From Planctomycetota bacterium (GTDB taxonomy: Bacteria; Planctomycetota; UBA8742; UBA2392), in the NCBI GenBank assembly GCA_020845475.1, contig JADLFN010000049.1:3062-67061 (forward strand): a DNA stretch of 64,000 bases, read 5' to 3'. Positions 51,597 through 61,530 of this stretch are shown piece after piece. The translations under genes and the position numbers were made by a program. The notes beneath the pieces are model-generated. The model was not told the origin of the DNA, did no database searches, and saw only the letters and a list, made by a program, of their open reading frames with translations. Each line of letters begins with the position of its first letter. The first letter of the stretch is position 1.

Positions 51597-53033
51597 ATGC
51601 GTGCAATGTCCAAAGTGGCTTTTGGCCTGATGCTGGGCCTGCTGGGCGGCTCGCGCCTTTGCGCTCAGGATGATTCGTTGAAGGACGCCTTGGCCCAGCT
51701 TGAGTCTCCCTTTGCGGAAGACCGTGCCAATGGCAAAGCCGAGCTGATTGCCCGCCAAGGCGACATTGCGCGAGAACTGCGCAACGCCATGGCCGACGCG
51801 CCCGAGTGTGTGCAGGCCGAATTGCTTGATGTCGTGCAGCGCCGTCGCGATGGCGCGCTGGTGCAGCAGGCCGCGGCGCTGCTGGGCGCGCGCGGTGACC
51901 GGCTTGTGCTTGCCGCTCGCGATTACCTTCTGGCGCTGAAGGGCGAAGACCTGAAGCTCGACGCTGAGGCGCTGGGTGCGGGCAAGGGCGCGTGGGAAAA
52001 CTTTCTGGTATTCCGCCGGCGGTACGCCATCACACTGGCCTTGATCGAGGCCCAGCTGAAGCCGGGAAAATTCATGGGCCAGTTCGACGCCTTGCGCGCC
52101 GAGTTTGGCGATCTGCTTGACAATGACCTGCTGGCGCTGGCACAGGCCAGGCCCGACTACAAGGAAGCTCTGCAAAAGGCCGCGGCGGACCGCGTCGCGC
52201 GCGGTCTCGAGGGCGGCGACGTAATCCGCAACGCGCGCTTTCGCCGCCTGCACAGCGGCGAGATGCTCGTGCTTGCGCTTGAGGTGATGGGCGCGGGCAA
52301 AGTGGACGCCGATGCGCAGTTGCAGCTTTCAAAGCAGGAGTCCTCCACCTTCGCAGCCGCAGTTTACATGGTGCAGGACTTGCGCGTGGCGGCCGTGCGC
52401 GCGCTGGCCCAAAGCGCCAACGGCGACGATCTTTCTGACCGCCTTGCCGCCTTCTATGCCACCGCGTGTCGGGACTCGACGCACGAATTGCTCAAGCGGC
52501 TGGTGGATCAGGACTCGCTGCGTGAAGAAGTGGAAGTGGTCTTGGCGCGCTTTGGCCGCACCGAGCTGCTCGAGGCGCGTCTGGCCGCGCTGCGCTCGCG
52601 TTATCAGCAGGCGGCCACCGGCCAGGTCGTCGCCAATGCGCGCTCCGCGGCGGAGGTTGAAACCCAGGCGCGCAACAGCGTTGCCTACCTTTATCTGCGC
52701 GCGGGCGACGCGGCTTCCGCCGAGCGGGAGTGGCAGGCGGCCATTGAGCAGGTGCAGGTGCGCATGAACGCAGCAACGGGCCGTGCGCGCAGCGCGCTGG
52801 CGGCCACCCACGGTGCGATCTACTATAATCTTGCCTGCGCCCAGAGCCTGCAACACAAGACTTCCAAGGCGCTGAGCAGCCTGCGAAAGGCGGTCGAGAA
52901 CGGCTATGCCGAGTTTGGCTGGTTGCTTGAAGATGGAGACCTTGAAAGCGTGCGTTCAACCAGAGCGTTTACGGACTGGTTCAAGCACGTCGCTCCGCCT
53001 TCGTTGTCTGATGCTCTTGCTGATGGCCGTTGA
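51597..53033 (+). CDS. Exported HEAT/TPR-like repeat protein (T1)
   Basis: Signal peptide MRAMSKVAFGLMLGLLGGSRLCAQD. N-terminal motif LESPFAEDRA. C-terminal TPR-end module IYYNLACAQSLQHKTSKALSSLRKAVENGYAEFGWLLEDGDLESVRSTRAFTDWF. Confidence 0.65.
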   Translation: MRAMSKVAFGLMLGLLGGSRLCAQDDSLKDALAQLESPFAEDRANGKAELIARQGDIARELRNAMADAPECVQAELLDVVQRRRDGALVQQAAALLGARGDRLVLAARDYLLALKGEDLKLDAEALGAGKGAWENFLVFRRRYAITLALIEAQLKPGKFMGQFDALRAEFGDLLDNDLLALAQARPDYKEALQKAAADRVARGLEGGDVIRNARFRRLHSGEMLVLALEVMGAGKVDADAQLQLSKQESSTFAAAVYMVQDLRVAAVRALAQSANGDDLSDRLAAFYATACRDSTHELLKRLVDQDSLREEVEVVLARFGRTELLEARLAALRSRYQQAATGQVVANARSAAEVETQARNSVAYLYLRAGDAASAEREWQAAIEQVQVRMNAATGRARSALAATHGAIYYNLACAQSLQHKTSKALSSLRKAVENGYAEFGWLLEDGDLESVRSTRAFTDWFKHVAPPSLSDALADGR

Positions 53034-54300
53034 AGCATGGCTCGCGCCCGCACTTGCCGCGCAGGGCGAACCCGTGTTTTCGCCGACCGCCGGCCCGGAC
53101 TCTCCCTTCGCTGAAGAGCGCGCCTTGGCCGGACTGGGCCAGAGCCGGGCCGAACGGCTGGAAGCCGCGCGTGCCATTTTGCGCGCGGGCGAACCGGCAA
53201 CCCAGCTGGCGTCGGCCATCGACACGATCGTGCGCGCGCGCGACAAGGCGGACATTGCGCTGATTGCGCCCTGCGCGGCCAGCCTTGATCCTGCCGTGGC
53301 CATGGGTGCGTCAGCCGCGCTGAAAGCCTACGGCCGGGATGCGCTGGCCGCTCTCGAAGCGCTGGCGCCGCAAGCGCTTGACGCGCCGACGCGCAAGAAG
53401 CTGCGCGAAATGCTGCTGCGTGATCACGTTCAAGCGTGTTGCCGCCGCGACCGCGCGATCAATCCGCTGCAACTCGAATACGAGGCGCGGCTTGATGAAC
53501 TGGACAGCATCAATGAAAACCTGGACGTGCTGCTGCTCTCGCTGCTCCGCGAGGCGCTGCCGGATTTGCGCAAGGACATCAACGGGCAGTACTTCAACCG
53601 GCGTTACTATTACCTGCCCACTGAAGATAGCGAACCCGCGTTCATTGAATATGGCGCGCTGGTGATCGCCGCTCTGGCGCGGCGCAAGCCCGAAGTGCTC
53701 AAGCGCGAGACCGAAGGCCTGATGGATCAGAATGCGCCGCCATCGTATTACAATTATTGGGGACAGATGCGCCAGAGTGCCACGCGCGAGCTGGCCTGTT
53801 TCCTGGCGCGCAACGGACAGAGCGCGGCGGCGGTCAAGATGGTCAGCGACATGGAATCCATGCTGCGCTATCAGCCCGATCCCGCGTATGCGGCGGGCGT
53901 GCACCTCGATGTTGCAGCGTCCATGATGTCAAGCGGCGTGAAGGACGAACGCAAACCGGGCCGGTTTTCGCTGGCGGCAGGGCCCTTCGAAGCGGCCGTT
54001 ATCATGGAGCACATCGAGACGGCGTTGCAGGCCGCCGGACAGTCAAGCCTGCCGGTGGCGTCGCAGGCCCGCTATCTGAAGGCGCGGCTGCTGATCGCGC
54101 AGGGAGACGATGGCGGCGCGCTGCGCGAGCTTGAGGAATCCATCGAAGCCTCGGATGAGCCCATGCTGCTGCTGGCCGTGGATGGCGCGTTTGCGAGCCT
54201 TGCAGAAGAACGCCGCTTCCAGACGCTGCTGCAATACACGGCGCTGATCGCGCGTCGCGTGGATGAAAACGCGCGGCCCTTCAAGGCCAAAGACCGCTGA
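53011..54300 (+). CDS. Exported HEAT/TPR-like repeat protein (T2), paralogous to T1 at the N-terminus
   Basis: Leader MLLLMAVEAWLAPALAAQGE, then PDSPFAEERA (compare T1 SPFAEDRA). Overlaps the T1 3' end. The start is ambiguous (53011 or 52933). Confidence 0.55.
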   Translation: MLLLMAVEAWLAPALAAQGEPVFSPTAGPDSPFAEERALAGLGQSRAERLEAARAILRAGEPATQLASAIDTIVRARDKADIALIAPCAASLDPAVAMGASAALKAYGRDALAALEALAPQALDAPTRKKLREMLLRDHVQACCRRDRAINPLQLEYEARLDELDSINENLDVLLLSLLREALPDLRKDINGQYFNRRYYYLPTEDSEPAFIEYGALVIAALARRKPEVLKRETEGLMDQNAPPSYYNYWGQMRQSATRELACFLARNGQSAAAVKMVSDMESMLRYQPDPAYAAGVHLDVAASMMSSGVKDERKPGRFSLAAGPFEAAVIMEHIETALQAAGQSSLPVASQARYLKARLLIAQGDDGGALRELEESIEASDEPMLLLAVDGAFASLAEERRFQTLLQYTALIARRVDENARPFKAKDR

Positions 54301-54316
54301 CAGCCCGGGGAAATTC

Positions 54317-57265
54317 GTGCCCACGATCGGCTTTGAGAACTACTGGTTCCTGCTGAGCGCTCTGCCGGTTGTGGGAGTCAGCGCCTGGTTGTGGCTGCGC
54401 ACGGGTACCCCCCTGTCGCGCCCGCGCAGGTTTGTCGGGGCGGTCGGCCTCGTGCTGGCGCTGCTGGGTCTGGTGCTGGGATCGGCCGGGCTTTTCTGGA
54501 ACGTGGGTTCGCAGCGCCAGACGGTGTGGGTGCTGGTCGATCGCTCGCTTTCTGCAGGCACGCGCGGAGAAGCGAAGCTGGCGGGCGTGCTGCGCGAGTT
54601 GTCGCAGAGCCTTCACGAGGACGACTTGATCGGGGTCATCAGTTTCTCCGACGTGCCGCAGCTTGAAGCCGAGCCGCAGAGTGCGCGGCGCTTCAATCCC
54701 GATTTTGCGCTCGCGCCAATGAGGCCCTCCGAGGAGACGTTTTTGGCGCCGGCGCTGGCCTTTGCGCGCCAGCGCACGCCCCTGGGCACTTCGCCCGTTG
54801 CGGTTGTGGTCAGCGACGGCCACGACACCAGCCTCAGCTACGGCGGCGAACTCCAGAAGGAGGCGCGCGCGGTGGGTGTGAAGGTTTACACGCTGGCCGT
54901 GGATTCCGACCCGCTGCCCGAAGTTGCGCTGGCGGACTTCGCCGCGCGCGTGGCGGGCAGCGAACGCACAAAGCTGGTGGCCGATCTCGTGGTTTACTCG
55001 ACGGTGCGCCAGAACATCAAGCTTACGCTGACCGTCGATCGCAAGCAGGTCGCGGTCAAGGAGCTCAGTGTGGATGAAGGCCGCACGCCCGTTCGCCTGC
55101 TCTATGAGCCGCCGGTGATCCAGGCGGTTTACGTGGTGGAAGCCAGCGTGGCTTCGAGCCGCGATACCTCGACGTCCAATAACGCGCTCAAGCTTGCGGT
55201 GCGCGGGCCGGGCGAGGCGAACATTCTGCTCGTGCACGGCGCAGAGGGGCCCGATGAAGCGCTCGTGCGCGCGCTCAAGGCCGCGAGCCTGAAAGTCACG
55301 ACGGGCCCGGCCGCGACACTGCCAAGCGATCCCGTTGAACTCGCGCGCTACCAGGTAATCGTGCTCTCGGACGTGCCGGCCACGGCCTTTTCGACCACTA
55401 CGCTGAGCATGCTTGAAATGTTCACTCGTCAGGGCGGCGGCTTGGCCATGATCGGCGGCCCGCGCAGTTTCGCGCCCGGCGGCTATTACGAGACTGCCGT
55501 GGAGAAGGCCCTTCCGGTGACGTGCAACGTGACTGAACGCGGGCGCAAGCAATCTCCGGCCATGGTGATCGCGCTGGACATATCGGGCTCCATGGGCGCG
55601 ACGGCCGGGCGCGGCCGCGAAACCAAGATTGACCTGGCCAACACCGGCTGCGTGCTGACGATCCAGTTGCTGGGGCCAGGCACGCACTTTGGCATGCTGG
55701 CCACGAACACCGAGAACAACTGGGTCGTCCCGCTTGGTCCGGTGACAAACTCCAACAAGAACGCGGCGATCCAGGCCGCCAAGGGCAACCGTGCGGGCGG
55801 CGGCGGCATCAACATGCTGACAAGTGTGACGGAGGCATTTGCCAAGCTGCGCAGCGCCAATACCTCGACCAAGCACCTCGTGCTGTTCGTGGACGGCGAC
55901 GACGCCGACGAGCAGGAGGGCGTGGTCGAAATGATCCGCCAGGGAATCGACCGCGACAAGATTACGGTCAGTGTCATCTGTCTGGGGCGGGGCAAGGACG
56001 TACCCTTCCTTCAGGCCTGCGCCCACGCGGGCCAGGGCCGCTTTGAGCTGGTCATGGATGCCAATAATCTGCCTGTCGTCTTCTCGCGCGAAGCAGCGCA
56101 GGTCGGGGGCAACTTCATCCGGGAGGAAGAATTCAGGCCCAAGGCGGGTGTGCCGGGCTTCTTTACGGAAGGTTTCGACTTTCAATCAAAGGAATCACCT
56201 CCGCTTCTTGGCTACGTTGCCACAAGCGCGCGTGAAAACGCCGACACCTGGCTGTGGGCCGATTCCGAAGAAGAAAAGCCCGAGCGCCCGCTGCTGGCCA
56301 CGTGGCATTACGGCCTTGGCAAGTCGCTGGCTTTTGCCAGCGATGCGCGCGACCGCTGGGCCGACAAGTGGTTGCCTTGGGGCGGCTACAACGCGCTCTG
56401 GCAGCGCTGGATTCGCTGGCTGTTGCCGCGCCCGGAGCAACTCAGCGGCGTGGAGACTGAGTGGACCATGTCGCGTGACGGCCCCGAAGTCACGCTCTCT
56501 TTCTTTGACCAGGAAGGCGCGCCGCGCCAGTTGATCGATCCGGTGGCCGAAATCTCGCTGCCCGACGGCGTGCAGGTGGATACGCCGGTGGTGGCTGTGG
56601 GCTCGGGCGCATATCGCGTGCGTTTTCCCAAGACCGGCAGCGGTGTTTATGCAACCACTGTGCGCGAGCGCCCGCCCAACGTGGAACAGCGCCTTGTGGC
56701 GCGCGAACATCAAGTGTTTGTGCCGCTCGATGAACTGCGCCGGCGCCCTGCCAATGTCGCGGCGCTTTCCGCCCTCGCACGCATCACCGGCGGCAAACTC
56801 GTGGACGAAGCCGCCTATCTGGGCAGCGTGGAGCCCGAGACAACCTACGACCAGGTGAAGCCGTCAACGGCGTTCTTCTGGCTGGGCCTTCTGGGCATGT
56901 TCCTGGCACTGGGCGCTCGGCGTTTTCCGACGGTGTGGCTGCCGCGCGAAGTGACCTCCGCTGCCGCGCGCGAACAGGCGCAACAGCGCGAGCTGGCTTC
57001 GCGTGCGGCCTTTGAGCGTGTGCGCGAGCGGCTGGACACCCGCGTGCGCGCGGCTAAGCCGCAGGCTCCCTCGGCGGTGCTTCCGCCTTCGATGCCGCCG
57101 CCTGTTGCCCCGGTAGTGCCCGTCACTCCGGTCGCCACGGTCGCCCCTGCCCCGCGCAGCCCGACGGAAAGGCCCGCGCCAGCACCCGATGGCGGCGAGG
57201 GACTGCTTGGCGCCATGCGCCGCGTGAAGAAAGAGCTCGACGCTCGCAAGGGGTCTGGGCCATGA
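54317..57265 (+). CDS. BatA-like N-terminal double-TM protein with two VWA domains and a glutamine-amidotransferase-like middle domain
   Basis: GFENYWFLLSALPVVGVSAWLWL plus a second TM. VWA 1 VWVLVDRSLSAG...VVVSDGHDTS. GATase1-like ILLVHGAEGPDE...VIVLSDVPA...GGGLAMIGG. VWA 2 MIDAS motif VIALDISGSMG...LVLFVDGDDADE. C-terminal TM and a Pro-rich tail. GTG at 54317 is the likely start (ORF track: 54263). Confidence 0.75.
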   Translation: MPTIGFENYWFLLSALPVVGVSAWLWLRTGTPLSRPRRFVGAVGLVLALLGLVLGSAGLFWNVGSQRQTVWVLVDRSLSAGTRGEAKLAGVLRELSQSLHEDDLIGVISFSDVPQLEAEPQSARRFNPDFALAPMRPSEETFLAPALAFARQRTPLGTSPVAVVVSDGHDTSLSYGGELQKEARAVGVKVYTLAVDSDPLPEVALADFAARVAGSERTKLVADLVVYSTVRQNIKLTLTVDRKQVAVKELSVDEGRTPVRLLYEPPVIQAVYVVEASVASSRDTSTSNNALKLAVRGPGEANILLVHGAEGPDEALVRALKAASLKVTTGPAATLPSDPVELARYQVIVLSDVPATAFSTTTLSMLEMFTRQGGGLAMIGGPRSFAPGGYYETAVEKALPVTCNVTERGRKQSPAMVIALDISGSMGATAGRGRETKIDLANTGCVLTIQLLGPGTHFGMLATNTENNWVVPLGPVTNSNKNAAIQAAKGNRAGGGGINMLTSVTEAFAKLRSANTSTKHLVLFVDGDDADEQEGVVEMIRQGIDRDKITVSVICLGRGKDVPFLQACAHAGQGRFELVMDANNLPVVFSREAAQVGGNFIREEEFRPKAGVPGFFTEGFDFQSKESPPLLGYVATSARENADTWLWADSEEEKPERPLLATWHYGLGKSLAFASDARDRWADKWLPWGGYNALWQRWIRWLLPRPEQLSGVETEWTMSRDGPEVTLSFFDQEGAPRQLIDPVAEISLPDGVQVDTPVVAVGSGAYRVRFPKTGSGVYATTVRERPPNVEQRLVAREHQVFVPLDELRRRPANVAALSALARITGGKLVDEAAYLGSVEPETTYDQVKPSTAFFWLGLLGMFLALGARRFPTVWLPREVTSAAAREQAQQRELASRAAFERVRERLDTRVRAAKPQAPSAVLPPSMPPPVAPVVPVTPVATVAPAPRSPTERPAPAPDGGEGLLGAMRRVKKELDARKGSGP

Positions 57266-57834
57266 CGCGACTGCTTGTGATTCTTGCGCTTGGATCTCTG
57301 CTCGCGTGTGCGTGCACGGGGGGCAGTTCAACCACGCTGCGGCCAGCGGCGGATCGGCCCATTATCGGCCCTGACGGCGTTTTCTGGGATGCGATTGAAG
57401 CCGCGCGCGGAGGGCACACGCAGCGCATGGGCCGCGTGCTCAGCACGGGCTTTGTGCACCGCGCCATCTTGCCCAACACCCCACGCGCAGAATTCAGCGA
57501 TGAAGAGAGCTTCATTTTCGCCAACGAGCGCATGGAGCGCGAGCTTGCGCCCTTCAATTCAATCCGTGAACGGCTCTGCAAGCGCTATACCGGCTGGCTC
57601 GACGAGACCACGCGCGGCCGTGTGATCGAGGCAGGGCGCCCGAGTTACGAAATCAAGTATAAGGACGGTTACGGCAGCGCGCGCGGCCCCAATACGGCGA
57701 CGATCAAGGTCAACCTGCACCAGGCGCAAGCCAAGACGCCGAAGGTGCTGGCAGTGAGTTTCATCCAGGACGGCGACACTTGGCGCATTGACGGCTTCTC
57801 GCCCGACCCGCTGTTTGGCGAGTTCATTCGCTAG
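57262..57834 (+). CDS. Lipoprotein (190 aa)
   Basis: MTRLLVILALGSLLACACTGG lipobox. ATGA overlap with the upstream VWA gene. No family recognised with confidence. Confidence 0.6.
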   Translation: MTRLLVILALGSLLACACTGGSSTTLRPAADRPIIGPDGVFWDAIEAARGGHTQRMGRVLSTGFVHRAILPNTPRAEFSDEESFIFANERMERELAPFNSIRERLCKRYTGWLDETTRGRVIEAGRPSYEIKYKDGYGSARGPNTATIKVNLHQAQAKTPKVLAVSFIQDGDTWRIDGFSPDPLFGEFIR

Positions 57835-58721
57835 CCGCGTTCTTCAATGGCGTTGAGCACGCGCAAATTGACGAAGCCCGCGACGGGCAGCAGCACCAGC
57901 GCGCAGATTGCCACGGGCGTGGAAAGCTCAAAGGCTACGGTGGCGAATAGCACGACGACATCGAGAAGCGTCAGCGCAAGCAGCAGCGCCCCGTTGGCCC
58001 AGTTGCTGTCGCGCGAGAAAACGAACCTGGCGGCGGGCCAGCTTGCAAAGGGTATGATGGCCACGGCGGCCAGCACGATCAACATGCGCCAGATCACGCC
58101 CCAGGTCGAAGCCCAGAATCCGGGCCCGCTGTTTTCTTCCTCTTTAACCTTCGCGCTGCCTGAGAGCCCGGTGATGACGAGCGGCTGCGCGATGCTTGCC
58201 TTGCGATCTTTGTCCTGCGAGCGCACGATGCGCATCAGGTCGAGTTCGCACTTGCCGGAGTCCGCGCCGGACTTTGTCGTTGCGCGCGCCTGTACCACCT
58301 CATCGGCTTCAGCAGCTTTTTCGAACACTTTCTGCGGGTCGTCGGGAGTTTGCTTGCCGAGCACGGACTTGAAGATGCCGGTGGCTCGCTCCTCAAGGTC
58401 GGGATCCGGCGGCTTGACGGCTTTGAGGCCGGCGACTTCATTGAGGCGATCGAGCATGCGCGCACGGATCTCACTGTTGCTGGTGTCGCCCAGCACGGGC
58501 ATGACGACCAGGCGCTGCTCACCGTTCTCGCGCACAACCTGCGAGTAATGCTCGGCCAGTTGCTCCAGCGCGTCATCGAGCGCTTCGCGCTGCAACGACT
58601 TGAGGTCGCTGGGCGGTTTGAAGAAGTTCGCGTAAACCAGCCAGCCGACTATGGCCAGCGCCGCCAGGCCGATGCCGACGGAGAACACCTTGAAGCCGGG
58701 GATGTTGTCTAGCAGTGCCAC
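57831..58721 (-). CDS. Membrane protein (1 N-terminal + ~3 C-terminal TM helices), hypothetical
   Basis: 296 aa. VFSVGIGLAALAIVGWLVYANFF, with C-terminus FWASTWGVIWRMLIVLAAVAIIPF...LLLALTLLDVVVLFATVAF...ICALVLLPVAGFV. Last gene of the sigma/coiled-coil operon. Confidence 0.55.
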   Translation of the reverse strand: MALLDNIPGFKVFSVGIGLAALAIVGWLVYANFFKPPSDLKSLQREALDDALEQLAEHYSQVVRENGEQRLVVMPVLGDTSNSEIRARMLDRLNEVAGLKAVKPPDPDLEERATGIFKSVLGKQTPDDPQKVFEKAAEADEVVQARATTKSGADSGKCELDLMRIVRSQDKDRKASIAQPLVITGLSGSAKVKEEENSGPGFWASTWGVIWRMLIVLAAVAIIPFASWPAARFVFSRDSNWANGALLLALTLLDVVVLFATVAFELSTPVAICALVLLPVAGFVNLRVLNAIEERG

Positions 58722-58823
58722 TCTGTGCCCCTGGAGCGAACCGAATCAGTTATCACTGATCTACGCCGCATTTCCAGCAAATCAGCGCTCCACAAAAACC
58801 GGCGCTTGGTAATTGAGAATCTG

Positions 58824-61514
58824 CTAGGACTCGCTTTCTTTTCCGTCGCCCTTCTTGCTCTTCTTGGATGTGCGCCGAGTTTTGGGCGCTTTGGCTTCCA
58901 TGGCGCGGGTGTCTTCCTTTTGTTCGATTTCCTTCTCCACTTCGGCTTGTTCGCGCGCCTGTTCTCCGGTGGCGACGAAGGCCGAGCCGGCATCGGCGGC
59001 AATCTCGGCTTCGCTCTTTTTCAGGTGCAGGACGACAATCTTCTCCGTTCGCCGGTCGGCGTGCACGGGGGCTCCGGCCTCGGAAAACAGGTTGTCCAGG
59101 CGTTTGGCGATTTCGCTGGCCAGGGCCTGTGCGCCTTGGGCGTCCACGGCCTGCTCCATGCGCGTGCGCAAGTCGGCGATGGTCTTGATTTCGCTGACCA
59201 GGTACTTCTGCTTGGTCGTGACGCGCTCAAGCTCGCGCTGGCGCGCGATCAGGAAAGCATCCGTTTCGTCGAGCTTGCGCCGGACTTTGTCGGCTTCCAC
59301 GCGGGCCTTTTCGCTCTCTTTCTCGCGCTCGCGCGCCTGCTCTTCCAGCGTGGCGAGGCGCTTTTCAAGCGCGGCCCGTTCTCCGCGCTGGCTGTCATCG
59401 CCGCGCCCGAGGTTCTGCGCCAGCGCACCGCGCTCGGCTTCGGCGTGAGAAAGGCGCTCGCGCAGCAGGCCGATCTCCGCCTGCAATCGGCTCGAGGCAT
59501 CGGCGTTGCGTTCCTGGCCTGCGCGCAAATCCTCCTCCATGCCGGCCAGCTTCTGCTGCACATCCATCAGCCGCAACTCCGCCGCGACGAGTTTCTGGCG
59601 CGTGGCTTCCGACTCCTTCTCGGTTTCGCCCGCCTTGGCGGAAAGCTCCTGCGTCTGGTGTTCGAGCTGCTTGCGCAGCCGGGCGGTCTGTTCCTCGACT
59701 TGCAGCTTGAACTGCGACTGTTCGCTTTCATGGCTGCGCAGGCGCGCGATCTCGGCGTCGCGGGCGCGTATGGACTCGTCAAGGCGCTGCGCGGCGCGGC
59801 GCTGCTCATCGAGCGCCGTGCGCGCCTGAGCCAGTTCCTTCTCAAGGTCGCGGCCTGAACTGGAAACAGTGCTTAGCCGCGCCGACGTTTCGCCCAGTTT
59901 CGCGTTTGCTTCACCCAGGGCGCGCCGGGCATCTGCCAGTTCGGCCTCGAGGCGCGCTGTCTTCTCCGCGCGCTCGTTGGAGAGCGTCTCCGCCTCGGCC
60001 AGTTGCCCCGACACCACTTCAACGTTGCGCCGCTGCTCCTTGATACGGCCTTCAGCCTGCGTCAATCGCTCTTTGCCGTCGGACAACGCCGCTTCGAGCT
60101 GGCTGATGCGCCGTTCCGCTTCAGAAAGGCGCGTCTGGGCCTGGGTGAGCCGCGACTCGGAAACGGTTCGACCCTGCTCGGCCTTGTTCGTGTGCAAGGC
60201 GTCGGTGCGCAGTTGTTCGGCTTCGGTTTCAAGCGCGAGCATTGAAGCCTGGGTGCTGGCAAGCCGCGTCTCGCTTGAAACCAGCTCTTCGCGCAGCTCC
60301 TCGAGCGCGTGCTGCATTTCCTCGAGGGTTTCGTCGCGGCGCGCGATTTGCTCCTTGCTCTGGCTGACCTTCTCCTTGAGCGCGTCTATCGTTCTGGCCG
60401 CGACTTCGCGCTCGGCGTCAAAGCCGGCCACGCGCGTGAGCAGGTCTTCGCGCTCCAGCTCCGTGGCGGCGGTGCGCTGGAGCACGCGTGTCAGTTCAAT
60501 GCCTGCGTTTTCATTGGCACCTCGCGCGGCATCGAGGTCGCGACGCAGTCGCGCAATTTCCTGCAGCCCAGCGTCGCGTTCGTGCGTGAGTTCCGCCTGG
60601 CGCGCGCGCAGGGCCTCAACGTGCGACTGCTGTTCGCGCTCAAAGCGTGCCAGGCGCTCGCGCGCGTCGGCCACTGAAAGTTCGAGCGCGCCGCGCGCTT
60701 CTTCAAGGGCCAGCGCGCGCTCACTGGAAAGATGCTCCGCTTCGCGCAGCAGTTCCTCAAGTTCGCGGCGTTCGCGCGCTGCTTTTCCGAGTTGTTCGGC
60801 AGCACCGCGCAATTCGCCGCGCATTTCGTCCAGTTCGGCCTTGAGTGCGCCCAGGCCGCGCAGGCTGGACGACGCCTCGCTCACGGCGTTATTGGCCACG
60901 ACATTGAGGCGGCCACTGGAACGAGCGTGTCCGTTGCCGGTGCGGATCAGGGTGACACGCTCGCGCTCGATGCGCGCAAACACCTCAGGCGGTGCGCCGG
61001 TGAAATCGATCTGCTCGTACTCATTGCGCATCAGCGGGTCGAGCACGGTTTCCAGTTCTTCGCCAAAGGCGGGCTTGCTCATCTCACCCAGGTTGCGGGC
61101 GACGCGGGCCTCGGCGGCCATGCTGTTGCGGCGCGACTGCGCGGCGTGCCGGCCCGCGACCGCGAGCAGCAGCGTGGCAAGTTGCAGCGCCCGTTCCAGG
61201 CGGCTCTCCAGATCGTCGCGTGCCTGAGTTTGCTCGCGCAGCGTGGCGGTGGCCAGGGCGTTCACACGGCGCGTTGCGGCCAGGGCCGCGGCCTGGGCGC
61301 GCAGCACAAAGGCGCACAGCGCCGCGAGTGCAAATACACTTTCGCTGTCGCGGTAGCGGCACAGGCTGGCGGTCAGGTGGAACGCAACATCGCGATGCGG
61401 CGGCAGTCCGGAAAGAGAATAGAACTGCGTCGCGAAATCCAACACGGCCTGCGGGCGTCCGCCGAACTGCTCGAACTCTACCAGAGGAAGATCAAGAATG
61501 GCCTGTTCGGGCAT
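58824..61514 (-). CDS. Giant coiled-coil protein (896 aa) with ~250-aa globular N-terminal domain
   Basis: Starts MPEQAILDLPLVEFEQFGG at the ATG at 61514, 17 nt after the sigma stop. About 600 aa of heptad-like E/R/A/L-rich sequence follows, ending in a K/E-rich tail. The ORF-track extension to 61757 overlaps the sigma gene and is spurious. Confidence 0.65.
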   Translation of the reverse strand: MPEQAILDLPLVEFEQFGGRPQAVLDFATQFYSLSGLPPHRDVAFHLTASLCRYRDSESVFALAALCAFVLRAQAAALAATRRVNALATATLREQTQARDDLESRLERALQLATLLLAVAGRHAAQSRRNSMAAEARVARNLGEMSKPAFGEELETVLDPLMRNEYEQIDFTGAPPEVFARIERERVTLIRTGNGHARSSGRLNVVANNAVSEASSSLRGLGALKAELDEMRGELRGAAEQLGKAARERRELEELLREAEHLSSERALALEEARGALELSVADARERLARFEREQQSHVEALRARQAELTHERDAGLQEIARLRRDLDAARGANENAGIELTRVLQRTAATELEREDLLTRVAGFDAEREVAARTIDALKEKVSQSKEQIARRDETLEEMQHALEELREELVSSETRLASTQASMLALETEAEQLRTDALHTNKAEQGRTVSESRLTQAQTRLSEAERRISQLEAALSDGKERLTQAEGRIKEQRRNVEVVSGQLAEAETLSNERAEKTARLEAELADARRALGEANAKLGETSARLSTVSSSGRDLEKELAQARTALDEQRRAAQRLDESIRARDAEIARLRSHESEQSQFKLQVEEQTARLRKQLEHQTQELSAKAGETEKESEATRQKLVAAELRLMDVQQKLAGMEEDLRAGQERNADASSRLQAEIGLLRERLSHAEAERGALAQNLGRGDDSQRGERAALEKRLATLEEQAREREKESEKARVEADKVRRKLDETDAFLIARQRELERVTTKQKYLVSEIKTIADLRTRMEQAVDAQGAQALASEIAKRLDNLFSEAGAPVHADRRTEKIVVLHLKKSEAEIAADAGSAFVATGEQAREQAEVEKEIEQKEDTRAMEAKAPKTRRTSKKSKKGDGKESES

Positions 61515-61530
61515 GTTCTTTCCTGCGCCG

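Noticed and set aside
54281-56185. 634-aa minus-strand ORF antisense to the VWA giant
   Set aside because: Arg/His/Gly-rich with no motifs. The plus strand has clear BatA-like TM segments and VWA MIDAS motifs.
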